DNA of 64,000 nt from Thalia democratica (lineage: Eukaryota): the NCBI GenBank assembly GCA_965202585.1, contig OZ241831.1, forward strand, positions 37,386,001 through 37,450,000. Reading direction: 5' to 3'. This document shows positions 1-11,800 of this stretch, piece after piece. The notes under the pieces were generated by a model, which saw only the letters and a list, made by a program, of their open reading frames with translations, did not search any database and had not been told where the DNA came from. The position numbers and the translations under genes were made by a program. Position 1 is the first letter of the stretch. The number at the start of each line of letters is the position of its first letter.

Positions 1-839
1 CTTTATTTAGGCCTCACGTAATAAGCTAGTTTTGTTGCTTTATTTATATATATAAGGTATAGGTTAAAAATTAACAATATTTTACTGTAAAAATAACTAA
101 GTGTTATGCCATTTTACGACTTTATCAACGCGACGCAAATATAAAAAGTATAAAAGCAGTTAAAAATACCAAAGTCAACGCTGGAATTAGAAACATAGGC
201 TCAGCAATACTAAAAATCAGTCGAAAAATAAATACTTTCTCTCATATCAAACAAAAAAGCATTACCAAAGTCGTTAGAGAGACCTCAAACGTTCCATGAA
301 AAATATAACTTGGGACTCTCAAAACATTCCAATACGAATGAAGACAATAATAAAAACTTTCACAGGCTATTTATATTAAAATAAAAGAAGTGTTAGAATC
401 TTACTTTGCTTCAACAATTAAAAAGAGCTGATAGAGCTAGTCTTTTTATGCATTTATTGAAACATAAGAAAACGAAAAGTGAGCGATTTTTTGAGGCAAA
501 AAAGTATATACTGCAGAGGAAAATTTCTTAACAACTCTGTCTTACTGGCTTCACGTTCTTTATATGTCTTTTTTTTTTTGATTACGTACTTTTGCTTTTT
601 TTTTTGTCAGAAAAAAATAGTAATCTTTTTATGATTAGAACAAATAAAATTGTTTTATGTTTAACTTTAAACATAAGTTTTAGGCGTAAAAATTTATGAA
701 TACTATTGCAATTTATAATTTTGTAAACTTTAAAGGTCAAAATATAATTTAAATTACTTTATATTAAACATTTCAAGTTTTTATTTTCTGTTACAAAAAA
801 CATCAAATATATAACACTAATTTGCGATATTTTTTGCAG

Positions 840-1069
840 CAATGAATATTTTGGTGTACTTTTGTTTGGATCTAACAGAATTGAAAAACTGTAATACTGA
901 GATGAGTATTAATAGTCATCTTAAATATTTTGAAAACGCATATTTTTTCGATGAATTTAAACCATTGTTAAACTATTATATTAAAACGATTAAAAACTTA
1001 GTCCTTTGGGAATACAGTTTGAAAAATTATCGTTTGGTGGATGTTTTTAATAATATTCAAAATATAAAA
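840..1069 (+). CDS. Exon of an unidentified multi-exon protein-coding gene (gene X)
   Basis: tttttgcAG acceptor before 840. The frame is open (ORF 842-1108: MNILVYFCLDL...NIQNIK) and ends phase 0 at a GTTTGT donor (1070), matching the phase of the next exon. No recognisable domain. Confidence 0.55.
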
Positions 1070-1282
1070 GTTTGTTTGTTTTATGTTACACTTATATATG
1101 GAGTATAATTTTGTATTAATGATATGTAGTTTTGTTTAATTATTGATTTAAAAGATCATCTACAGTGTTTAGTCGTAGCAAAAAGTTATAATTCATTCAA
1201 ATACTAAAATTAAAATTAAACTATATATTAAAAATAATGATGTTTAATCAATATAATCTCAATTAATTTAATTTAAATATAG

Positions 1283-1465
1283 GTATCTGTTGTTGAGTAT
1301 CATTACAAAGATCGAACACTAGAAATACCAGAATTATTATCTGACGTAAAAACTCTTTCTGGTTTTGCAAAAACAGGTGTTGAGTTATCAAGCTCGTTTA
1401 TATTAAACTCTTATAACACTTCTGAGTTTATGAAGTCTAAAATTGTAGAAATAATTGACAATCAG
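1283..1465 (+). CDS. Gene X exon (61 codons, phase 0-0)
   Basis: aaatatAG acceptor, 183 nt without stops (VSVVEYHYKDRTLEIPELLSDVKTLSGFAKTGVELSSSFILNSYNTSEFMKSKIVEIIDNQ), CAG|GTTAAG donor, GC above the flanks. Confidence 0.6.
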
Positions 1466-1650
1466 GTTAAGCATTACGTTTATTTTTGAAATGTGTTCCT
1501 TTAAAATGATTTTAATTAGTTAAATGCTAAAAAGTTGACGCTTTTTAAGTGTTAGTAAAATATATTTCTGGATAATTTTCTATTGTTAGTTGTTCCTATA
1601 TAATAAGCTTAAAGTTTTCTGTTCATTAGTGTTTATTAATAATTAAACAG

Positions 1651-1759
1651 GTTGAACTGGAGTATATAAAAATATATTTTTATAACAAGACTGAATTTTA
1701 CTTCAAATCAAACTATTCGTCTAAGAAAAATAAAATAATCGAAGCATTTTATACAGAAA
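1651..1759 (+). CDS. Gene X exon (phase 0-1)
   Basis: aaacAG acceptor, open frame VELEYIKIYFYNKTEFYFKSNYSSKKNKIIEAFYTE, GTATTT donor at 1760. The donor position is uncertain. Confidence 0.45.
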
Positions 1760-2039
1760 GTATTTTTGTTGTTTGCTTAACATTATTTTAAACAAAATTA
1801 TTGACTTTAGTTGCATAGGTACTAAAGGTATTTAAAACATTTTAACTTTTGATGTCTTCATAAACTAAAATTGTAAGATTTTTTTTTATTATATGCTTAT
1901 TTAGCCTAAAATTTATCTTAATTACGATTGCACAAAATTCAATTTTCTTTAAAAAAAATTCATCAACGAAAACTCTGATTTGTCTTGTTTATGTTAAGTA
2001 ATGAATTTTTTTTTGCTAACTATGGGTAGCAATTAATAG

Positions 2040-2774
2040 ATTATGATGACATAAATACTTTAAGATTTAAATCAAAAATTAAAACCTGTAATAAAAACTA
2101 CATCTATTCCAGTGCAAAAATTTTAAATAAGAACTCTAAGTTATAACATATCATAAAAAATTTAAAATGGATGATTCAAGTAACGATAACTTTTTTAAAA
2201 ACAATTTAAATTAAGTTATTTAACAACCATTTTAAAATTTTGTACATTTATATGTTTCAGTTTTTTAGGTATTCTAATTATTATCTCAATAACATTTAGA
2301 CTTTTTCTATAGAAATATATAACAATAACTATTTTATTGATAGTTTCAATAAAAAATTTTAAACTTAAGTCATATGTTTCAATAGCATTTTATATATATT
2401 TTTAATGTTTACACATGATCATAGGTTTTTTTTAATGGTTTTTAATTTTTAAGTAATAACATTTTAACTCATTTTTATTTTTCAAACAAGAAGTGTAATA
2501 CTTTTAACAAATTAAAAACTAAGGTTTTATATAATGATATCTTAATATTTTCACTTAAACTTTTGTTTTTAATGTCAGACTAAAAATTTAATTACATAGT
2601 AACAAGTTAAATGTCTTTTTAAAAAAATATTTTTAAACTACTAATAATGTTGCAAAAATAAAAAAACATTTAAAACAAATACATCAGTATTATAAAGATA
2701 TTATTTAGACACATTAACAGGTTGTACATTGAAATGTTTAAATTACAAACATGTTTGTTAGAAACTATTTATTT
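2040..2774 (+). CDS. Two tentative gene X exons (2040-2139 and 2721-2774)
   Basis: Phase-compatible open segments (YDDINTLRFKSKIKTCNKNYIYSSAKILNKNS; LYIEMFKLQTCLLETIY) with AG/GT ends. The splice sites are weak and I found no exon linking them in phase to 3298. Confidence 0.25.
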
Positions 2775-3297
2775 GTAATGGTTTAAATTTGATTTGTTGA
2801 AACACAAGTTGTCGTAAATTCATAATTTCTTTGATAACAAATAAAAGTTAAGGCTTATGTTTTTTTTAAAAATTTTTGTTTCTGAAATGATTATCCATCA
2901 CTTTAAAATTGATTAAACTAAACCCTAGCTAGTAAAACAACATCAAATGTTAAAGTAATACTTATGTTAAACTGCTTTTGATTAATTTATCTTAAGCATC
3001 TTTTTAAACAGTTGAAAAAACTTTTATTAAATACAAAATAAGTAATAAAAAGTTCAAATTCCAATGATGAATTAAGGTTATTGAAGAATAAAAACACAAA
3101 TAAGTTTGATTCACATTTTATATACACTCAAATTTTACACTAATACATATTTTTTTGTTTTTTTTTTTTGAAAAAGTCATGGATATTTTTATAAATAGAC
3201 TTAATTTATAAACTTTTTCGTATTATATTTACTTTTGTGGTTAATTCTTTTTAACAAATTACATAGTTTTAGAGTATTTAAATTTATGAATTTTAAG

Positions 3298-3545
3298 AAC
3301 ACGACGTTACATATTGTGTTCTCAAACATTGCAACAAACCCGGATTAGAAGTTACGAGAAAAAAACTAGCTAAAGAAAAACAACATGCCAGTATAAACAT
3401 AACATCTATAAGTGAGATGAACAAGTTATATCAAATGTGTATGAAAGGACTCCCAAACTGTTGTATTGGTGTTGAAGCAAATATAGATGAAAGTGATCAA
3501 ATCATTGAAATTATTATAAATTTACTGAAGCTTAGCCAAACAAAA
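3298..3545 (+). CDS. Gene X exon (phase 1-0)
   Basis: ttttaAG acceptor, 82 stop-free codons (HDVTYCVLKHCNKPGLEVTRKKLAKEKQH...LLKLSQTK), GTAATT donor at 3546. Confidence 0.6.
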
Positions 3546-3687
3546 GTAATTTTTTATTAGATTAGTGTGATAATAAAACAGATATAATGTATATCTTGCT
3601 AAGATTAGTTTCTATTAATGTTAATGCCTTTTAGATATACATGCATCGTTGTTTGATATTTGTCTAAAATTATATTATAAAAAACAG

Positions 3688-3891
3688 GTAATTACAACTG
3701 AACTCTATGGTTTTTGTCAAAAGCATTTGTTAAAGCTTTTAAAAGAATCAAGAGGACCTAAACAAATAAGTTTAGGATTATCTGCTAGAAATTTCACTAA
3801 TAAGACTGTGAAAGAGCAAACTCTTGAAGTAAAACAGTATTTATGCAATCCTATACTAGCAGACTTGATAAAGGAATCTATGTTTAAACAG
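3688..3891 (+). CDS. Gene X exon (68 codons, phase 0-0)
   Basis: Lies inside ORF 3649-3978. aaaacAG acceptor, VITTELYGFCQKHLL...LADLIKESMFKQ, CAG|GTTAGG donor. In phase with the previous exon. Confidence 0.55.
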
Positions 3892-4790
3892 GTTAGGTTT
3901 ATAAAGCTAAGTGGTTTATACCAATGCTTAAAATATTGTTATTGCTTTTTTATAAATTATTTTTTTCAAGGTTTATAAAAAAACACTATATATTTTTGTT
4001 ATAACTTTATTACTATTATTATTGCAAGTTTATTGTCCATATTATGGACTAAGGCATCAAAACCCAGGCCATTTTTACAGACATGCATCTTAGAAATACA
4101 AATAACGAAATAAATCTAAATATATCTTTAAATAAACTTAAGCACTCAAAAGCTAAATTTCCCAACTTTTTTAGTCAACTTTATAGAAACTAGTTGTTCT
4201 AAAACAATCATTTTGTTTTTATTGTAAACGTAATTTGTAGACAAAATAATTATTGTTATCATTTTTCATATTACATTACAAATACATCTATTTATGGTCT
4301 ATAATTTTTGTGTTTTGTTAGAGTTTTAATACATACCTTTGTCAGTTTAAGTTATAGTTATTTGATCACAAAAATGTTTTACCGTTATATAACTACGTTT
4401 AATGTTATTTCTTCATATTTCAAAAACTTTTTTATTCGACGATTTTCGTTCACAAATTTATCAAGAGCTCTGCAATAAGCGTATAACTATCATTTAAAAC
4501 CACGCTAATTAGCTAAAACATTACTACTACTGCTACTAGTAGTGGTAGTAGTATAGAAAACGTCGGCGAGAGTATACATAGCCTAAGCCTTGACTTTCGT
4601 AAGCCGTAAAATAAGCTCAAACTAACATTATGGTTTATTATACCTATCCGATCATCAGACCACAAGTCTACTGTAAACTGAGTCCTCACAAACACTTTAT
4701 TGTGCTTTATAATGAAAAAACCGTTTGCTAGTATTGGTCAGTGACGTCAGCTTTGTATTTTTCTGTGCAACGTTTAATATATTGTTCAAT

Positions 4791-5211
4791 AGACAAGATA
4801 GGAACGGGTCAAAATTACACTAAGATAAAATTGAACGATGTTATTAAATTGCGAGACGGGACTAAATTGCAAGAAGACAAAATTGCACGAGGGCACAAAA
4901 TTGCACGAGGGAAGAAAATTGCACGAAGACAATTTTGCTATAGTTACATTTTTACTCGAGAGTAAAAAAAAATAATTAAAAAATATTAAAACTAGAATTT
5001 AAAAAAAAAAGTTACCGACCGAAGGTAAGGGTTAGGGTAACAGTGGTAATAAAAAAAAAACTAAATTAAAAGTAATTTTATATATAAATTTTATTAAAAA
5101 AAAAAATACCGTGCAAAACTATCTGCTTGTGCAAAAGTATTTTCGTGCAATTTAGTCTCCTCGTGCAATATTGTACGCTCATACAAATTTGATAGCTACC
5201 CAGACAAGATA
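4791..5211. mobile_element. Non-autonomous DNA-transposon-like element with ~18-bp subterminal repeats
   Basis: About six AAATTGCACGA-type units at ~18-bp period (4827-4926) are mirrored by about four inverted (T)CGTGCAA units (5110-5172). An agacaagata direct repeat flanks it (4791-4800 and 5202-5211). No transposase ORF. Confidence 0.6.
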
Positions 5212-5365
5212 GCTGGTACGCTCGTTTTGATTACGATCAGAGTAAATTTCAGCAAAAGTCTGATGATAAAATAATAATAACCTAAAACTTGAAGGTTTGT
5301 CTAACTGCATAATAACTACTAGATGCAGGATCTGTAGACTTTAGCCGATATTTTTTTGATCCAGC

Positions 5366-5854
5366 TATCTTGCCTTGGTAGCTATCAAATTTGGTTAAAT
5401 GACAATTCGACAATTCAATTTCTTAAAAAAAATATTTAAAATACAATATTTCAAAAAGTAATATAAATTAAAAGAAAAAATAAATATATATGTAGATCTT
5501 GTTAAAATCAAAACGCCACTTTTTATTTTTTGCCCATCTTGAATATTTTTAAAGATATTTTTATATTACAAAAATATCTATGTTTTTTATTTTATTTAGA
5601 TTATATATCAAAAAGTACTTAATTTTTTGCAAAATTAAAAAATTGGCTTGTAGATATTAATTGGACCTACATAAGTATGTTTAATATTCGACAAATATAC
5701 ATTAATATTCTATTGGTAAACCATTCATTTTTTTTAAGATTTAGAGTTGTCAGAATTTGAATTGTCCGAATTCGAATAGTCGTGCACCTATCAAATTTGC
5801 ATGAGCGTACAATATTGACGCTCATGCAAATTTGATAGCTACCGAGGCAAGATA
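5366..5854. mobile_element. MITE-like element with 28-bp terminal inverted repeats (family unassigned)
   Basis: tatcttgccttggtagctatcaaatttg (5366-5393) versus caaatttgatagctaccgaggcaagata (5827-5854): 1 mismatch. There is an internal 21-bp-arm hairpin at 5788-5838, and the same terminus recurs at 5184-5211. Confidence 0.65.
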
Positions 5855-8800
5855 CAATACAAACGGACAATGTATTAAGCGGTAAAACACAAAGCACACG
5901 TCACTTATCCATACCAGAAAACGGTTGCTTCATGAGAAAGCCTGTTAAATCTTTTGTAGATCAACGACTGCGGCTGATTCATGAGTTTCAGTAAAAATGA
6001 AAATTTGGTTTCAGTCTACCGAAAGCTTGTAGTCTGATAACTGAATTGTTACTACTTTATATACAACTATTTTTTTTTTTTTGTTGATGATATAGGTTAA
6101 TATAATTGTTAAAATCTTCAAATCATTTTAAACCCGAATTGTTTGTTTTAAAACTAAGGATTAACTAATATCTATTAAAGTTTAAATTTGTACTATATTT
6201 TTTGTATCACTAAAATAAATGTATATAAACAACATTGCGGAAAATCGTAGTTTAAAAATATTTATTACTAATATAGCAATAATAAAAATTCTTACTATGT
6301 ACTTTGTTTTCTTGATAAACATACAGAACGATGTACATTTTAAAAAATTGAAGTTAAAAGTTTTCATTAAATTTAAAAAGCTAAAAATTTAATTAAAAAT
6401 CAAATACTTAGGTCTCTTTAAAATAAACTTAAAATATTTATAGTAATGTATTTGTTTTGTATTTGAAACTAATTTTTAAACTAGACATTAAGAAAAGTTA
6501 AAACCTTAACAAAATTTTTTTTAGACTTTATTTCTGCTGATCCTGCTTAAAGGTGCATAGTTTTGCTTTATTAAGTTATTGTCTAAGAGTCTTCTTGTAG
6601 TTAATTTAACAGGATTAAATCTATCTTAATCTAAACTTTATATTTATATTTAATCAGATTTTTCTTTCATTAAAAGTCATACTTGTATATGTATTCAAAA
6701 AAGTCTTTAAATGTAAAAAAAAGTAATTAAATGTACAAATTTAAAATGTGTAAACTAGTTAGTACACAAAACTACTAAACATGTTATTTTTAACTACAGA
6801 TTAATATTGTATTTGCAACGCACTATTTGAAATACAATGGAGAAGGAATACTTATCGACAATACGGCAACTCCTTTCATTAAGTACAGAAAAAGTTTTGT
6901 GTTTAAAGCAACATAGAATGCTGTTATCATTTAATAATTAATTTAATTTTAAAAAATAAATGCTTATAAAGATGATTTTATATTTAAAAAACATGATCAG
7001 TTATTGTATAGATTCTTTTTCAAATTAGTATTAGCTAAAGTTTACTCTCGACTATTAAAATATTACAAACAAAACTTTTTTACTATTCTTTTTACTATGA
7101 GGCACCAATTTCTTGTTTTGTATTAATAATTTACCATTTTTACTGATATTTTTCTTGTTATTAGTTTTAAGTTTTTTTTTAAGAATTTCGTTGAATATAA
7201 GTTTAAAGTTAGAAATCTTTGTTGCTTACTTACTTTCTGTTAAACGTTTCTACTTTCTGATTAACAAAACAAACTAATCAAATATAAACCTGATCAGATT
7301 TGCCTCGCTGTTATACATGTCTATTAAGTTTATTTTACTTATCATCTTTTTTTTTTTGCTTTTTTAATCTAAAAAGCTAAAACTTTTATGTGAAATAATA
7401 TAACAAGTAAACTATCTGTTTTTGTATTACTAGTATTGAAAAATCTTTACGCATTTTATTGATATAAATTTTTTTTTGAAGTATTTGTTTAAGCGTTAAA
7501 ATTTTTTTATTATAAGTTTGACCTTTTTATTCTAACTTCAAGTGTATAATTTTGTAATATACAAAACAACTACAACTGGAAAATTTATAGTCAAAGTTGA
7601 AAGTTGTACACTTTAACTTCTTTAAGTAACTTTTAGACAAACTTCAGTTTATTAAAACTTGTAAATAGGTTAGTTGCGTTGTTAAATATTACAATAGAGC
7701 TGTGTGGAATCTTTTAATTAAGCCGATCAAATAAACTTAAGAATAGCAAAAATTTTGATGTAATTGGTTAACACATGGTATAAAAATCATTGATAGTTTA
7801 TAAAAAAAGTTCTCTTGTTGTACTCTTACATTGTACAACAAAAGTTCTTTTTTAAAAACTTTGTATAAAGTACTTTTAAAGAGTTTCTTTACTTTGAATA
7901 AGTTAAATAACGAAATAATTTATAAAGTTACATAAATTCACATCTAGTTTATTTAGTTATTTAAATAAGTTGTTAAATTTATTATAATAAAAAATTTTAG
8001 CTAGAACTTTTTCCCTAAACACAGTAAGCTATGTAAACAAGTCATTTTTATGTACTATATTTTGTTTGTTTAATTTGCTAGCACTAGAATGTTATTCAAA
8101 CGACAAAACTAAACTTGTAATTAATATTTCGTTTTGATTTAACAATGTTGTAGGAAAAGTTAAGGTAAAAAGTTTTTTATTTTTCAACTATTTTATTTAA
8201 TTTTTTATCACCATCTAAAAATTTCGGTTTTATATATTTTCAAAGTACCGTTTTGCAGTTATTTAGCTAAAATCTAAAATTCAACATTTAAACATTTCGA
8301 ATAAGATAAAAATTTAAAATATTAAGCAATTTGTAAACTTTTATTAACTTCAAAACATTGTAAAATGTACACAGATAACGTAAAACTAATTATCAAAATG
8401 ATAAGTATAAAGATTATTCATATAATTCTGATTACACTTATACGATATATTTATGTATTACCATGAAAAATGTTTTTTCTTTCCATTTATACTTGGTTAC
8501 TTTATTAATTGTCAATCTACGTAACATGATATCTAAAAATAAATTTGTTTAGTTTTTTACATTCATTGGAAATTGACTTGAAAATTATATCAAGCTTTTA
8601 ACTAATATTTTTATTTTGTCTTAAAATTAAGCATAAATTATTTTATTTTATTTGTTTGAGCAATATAATTAGCACAGTTGAAATTTTGTTAGTGAAAAAA
8701 ATACAATTTAAATTATTCTTTATAACAAAGGTCAGTCTTATGTATGTAAATATGTGAACAGGAAACATTTGTACGCTATCTTCAACTCATAAAGAGTCCT

Positions 8801-11800
8801 TAAGATTTTGCGTTTGTTTAAAACATTGGTGGTAATTTTCTGTTTCTTAAGAAAAAGCGCTTATACTTTATACTATTCAAATTATTAGTGTTTTACTTAA
8901 ATAATTATTTTTTATTTGAATCAACTTCGAACGTTGTAACACTTTGAACACGCATACGTTTGCTGTAATTAAACGATTCTACTTCATAAAACATAAAAAA
9001 ACTGGTATAAATATTTTCTTTTCGAATAGAAAATTGACCTCAAAAAAAAACCTAAAAGTAATAATACTATTCTAATCACGTTTTACAAATGTATGATAAT
9101 TGACTATTAACATATAACAATGGTTAGAAACTTTCTCTTATTAACGTCATTTAATAGAAAAAAAATTAAAGTGGAAAATTTTAAGCTAGTCATAAATTTA
9201 AACGGAGTTTTTTTTCACACGTAATACCTTTGATAGCTGATAAAATTTTGAAGCTTTACCTTGGTGAGTTCATTGATAGATCGGTTTTAGACAGCTTTAA
9301 TTTCAACACTCAAAGCTTACATGCAAAAGTTGTCAGTTAAAATTTATTAAAGAAAAAAGCTTTGAACGTTACAAATGTGAATAAATAACTTTTTCTACCA
9401 AATTTATAAATTTAAACTGCTTGGATTTATTGTATATTACCTAGGCTTGTTTTTATCGTAGACAAGTAACTCGAAATAATCATAATCTTTTAGTTACTAA
9501 GTGTAATTATTTTGACTACGGTATTGATATATCTAAAATAAATGTTTTAAATGCTATACAGCTTTAACAGTGCTACTACTAATTAATTGACGAAACCCGT
9601 TTGCTTTAAATTTTTATCAGCAAGTTGATTTAAAGTAAACAAAAGAGTTCCTTTTAAATACTTGAATCAATGAATGATGATAAAACTAGCCAGAAGTATA
9701 ATTGTAATGATAAATTAGCAGTTTATCTTTGAAATTAGACAGATCACAAAACACTTTAAAACCTAAACAAGTGTTTGTTTAGTTTTTGAATGCTAGTTCT
9801 TGGCTATGAGTTCACTTTATGGTTCAACTTAATCTAAAGAACTTGTTTTTTATTGGTATTTCAGTAGGTAAAATTTTTCTAGATATGTTTTATTAATACT
9901 TATAATGGTTTTGTGTCGATGTTTTTATTTTAGTTCTAGGGTATTTTATAAAGTATGTACTAAACATGTTTAATCTTGAAATTAAAAAAGAGTTTTTCTT
10001 TTTATTTTAGTTGATTAAAGTAAGCTTACAACAAAATAATTGCAAGATTTTCGTTAAATAATTGTCTATAAAAATCATTGCTATTTACTAACAAACATAA
10101 AACAATCTTGCGAAGAAAACTTCAATGAAGCAAAATGTTTAAAGGAAAGAGTTTGGTCTACATTGCTACCACAAGTATGTTGATTAATTACATTTGATTT
10201 GATCAATTAGTATTTTTTTCTTTTTTATACAAATAATTGTTTTTTTTTTGTTTTAAATATATACACATCAAAAATAAACTATTATTTTCTAAAAGTATCT
10301 GTATTTGTTTTTTGAAAATATCATTGTAATTTTTATTCAAAATTTAAACTCATCAAATGTAATTTATTCATTTAGTTAAAGACTCACAACTAGCCAAAAA
10401 AAGCTTTTTTGATAAAGTAATAGATAGTTTACTAAATGTTAATACTTCTAAAGGCATGTGGCTAATTACCATCGGAATTTAAACTATTGACTTCATTACA
10501 TAAAAAAAAGCACTTGTATTATTAGTAAAGCTTTCTATAACTAGGGTTTTTTTTCTGCAAGTTTGTCATTGGTAAGTGTTTTAAGAAATTATGACGTAAA
10601 TAAACTTTATTTATCGAGAAACTTTAACACTTTCAAATACTTAAAAGCTAACTAACAAGTTTAATTTCTTAATTAAACAATAAACTTGAAAAATAAATTT
10701 TATTTTTTCAATACCTTAAACAACAAAAATACAAACTAGCTGCCTATATTGTCAAATCGAACATTTTTTGAAACTGACAGGAATTAAAAAGAGTATTTAA
10801 AGGCTTTGACTTCAAATTACTGTAGTTTTTGATAATCTTTTATCTACATTGTCTCTTGTAAAGTATAACAACTCGGTTTTTTTACAGCTTAAGAACAATG
10901 TATGTTTTGACATATTCAAGGGATTAAAGTAGTAATTTATATAACAATCATCAGAGTTTAGTTTATAAATCGGCAATGTAGACTTATTTTGCTGTAGCTA
11001 AGATAGAGAATGTAACATTATTGTAATTACGATCGTCGTCTGCATATAAAAGTTACGCTTATCATTCTATTGAAACTTTAATATTTTCATTAAGTTCTAT
11101 TAGATTAAAAAAAAATTCACATATATTATTAATATATTTTTAAATCGCTAATATTTAAAGGACTTAAATGTTTTAAGTAAAAATAAACAAGTAAAAAACT
11201 TAAAAATACAAAATAAAAAAATACAAAACTAAAACACCAAAACATGAAAAATTTTTTTTCAAGTTTAAGAAGTGAACTTAGTGTTTTGTTAAAAGCTAAA
11301 CATAAATATATGAACAAAGAAAAATATATACAAACTCGTACACAATTTCCTTATACAATTCAAAGAAATAACCTTTCGCTAAATTAAAAGTATTGCTGAA
11401 ACTAAATGAATCAAAATATTAACCTAGGTTTTGAATGATAGAGTTTTTTTTTTCAAAACTGTAATCAAAAATCATAGTTAAGTTATCATAGTTAACAAAA
11501 TATCTTCTGTTAATCTTTTGACTCATATAGATTTGTATTTTCATCTCAAAACTACAAGATGAATTTCAACTGATACAATACAGAGTAAATATTCTAGTAG
11601 CGAGTAATTTTGTTATAAATCAATAAGCGTGTTAAATTGATAAGATTTACATTTTGTTTAAGTTCACAATTACTTTTACGATTACTAAAATAATAATTAT
11701 TGCGATATTTTCTAACCCTAGTACGATTGGCTAAGCTTAGGTTTATGTTGATTCTTAGGTAACTGCCTTATATTAAAAATTTAATCTACCTGAACTTAAA

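Noticed and set aside
75-540. Stop-free plus-strand stretch (75-298) and a hydrophobic minus-strand reading
   Set aside because: No start codon or convincing splice sites, the minus reading has stops, and no motif is recognisable. It could be part of gene X but I cannot support that.
4522-4553. (CTA)n/(TAG)n imperfect hairpin
   Set aside because: Short low-complexity microsatellite with no further support.
5023-5040. Telomere-like ggtaagggttagggtaa
   Set aside because: Only one perfect TTAGGG, internal to a repeat element.
6000-9000. Weak similarities to 38.8-41.3 kb, some inverted
   Set aside because: Too degraded to align reliably by eye, and no Pax exon relic was found, so it is not annotated as part of a unit.
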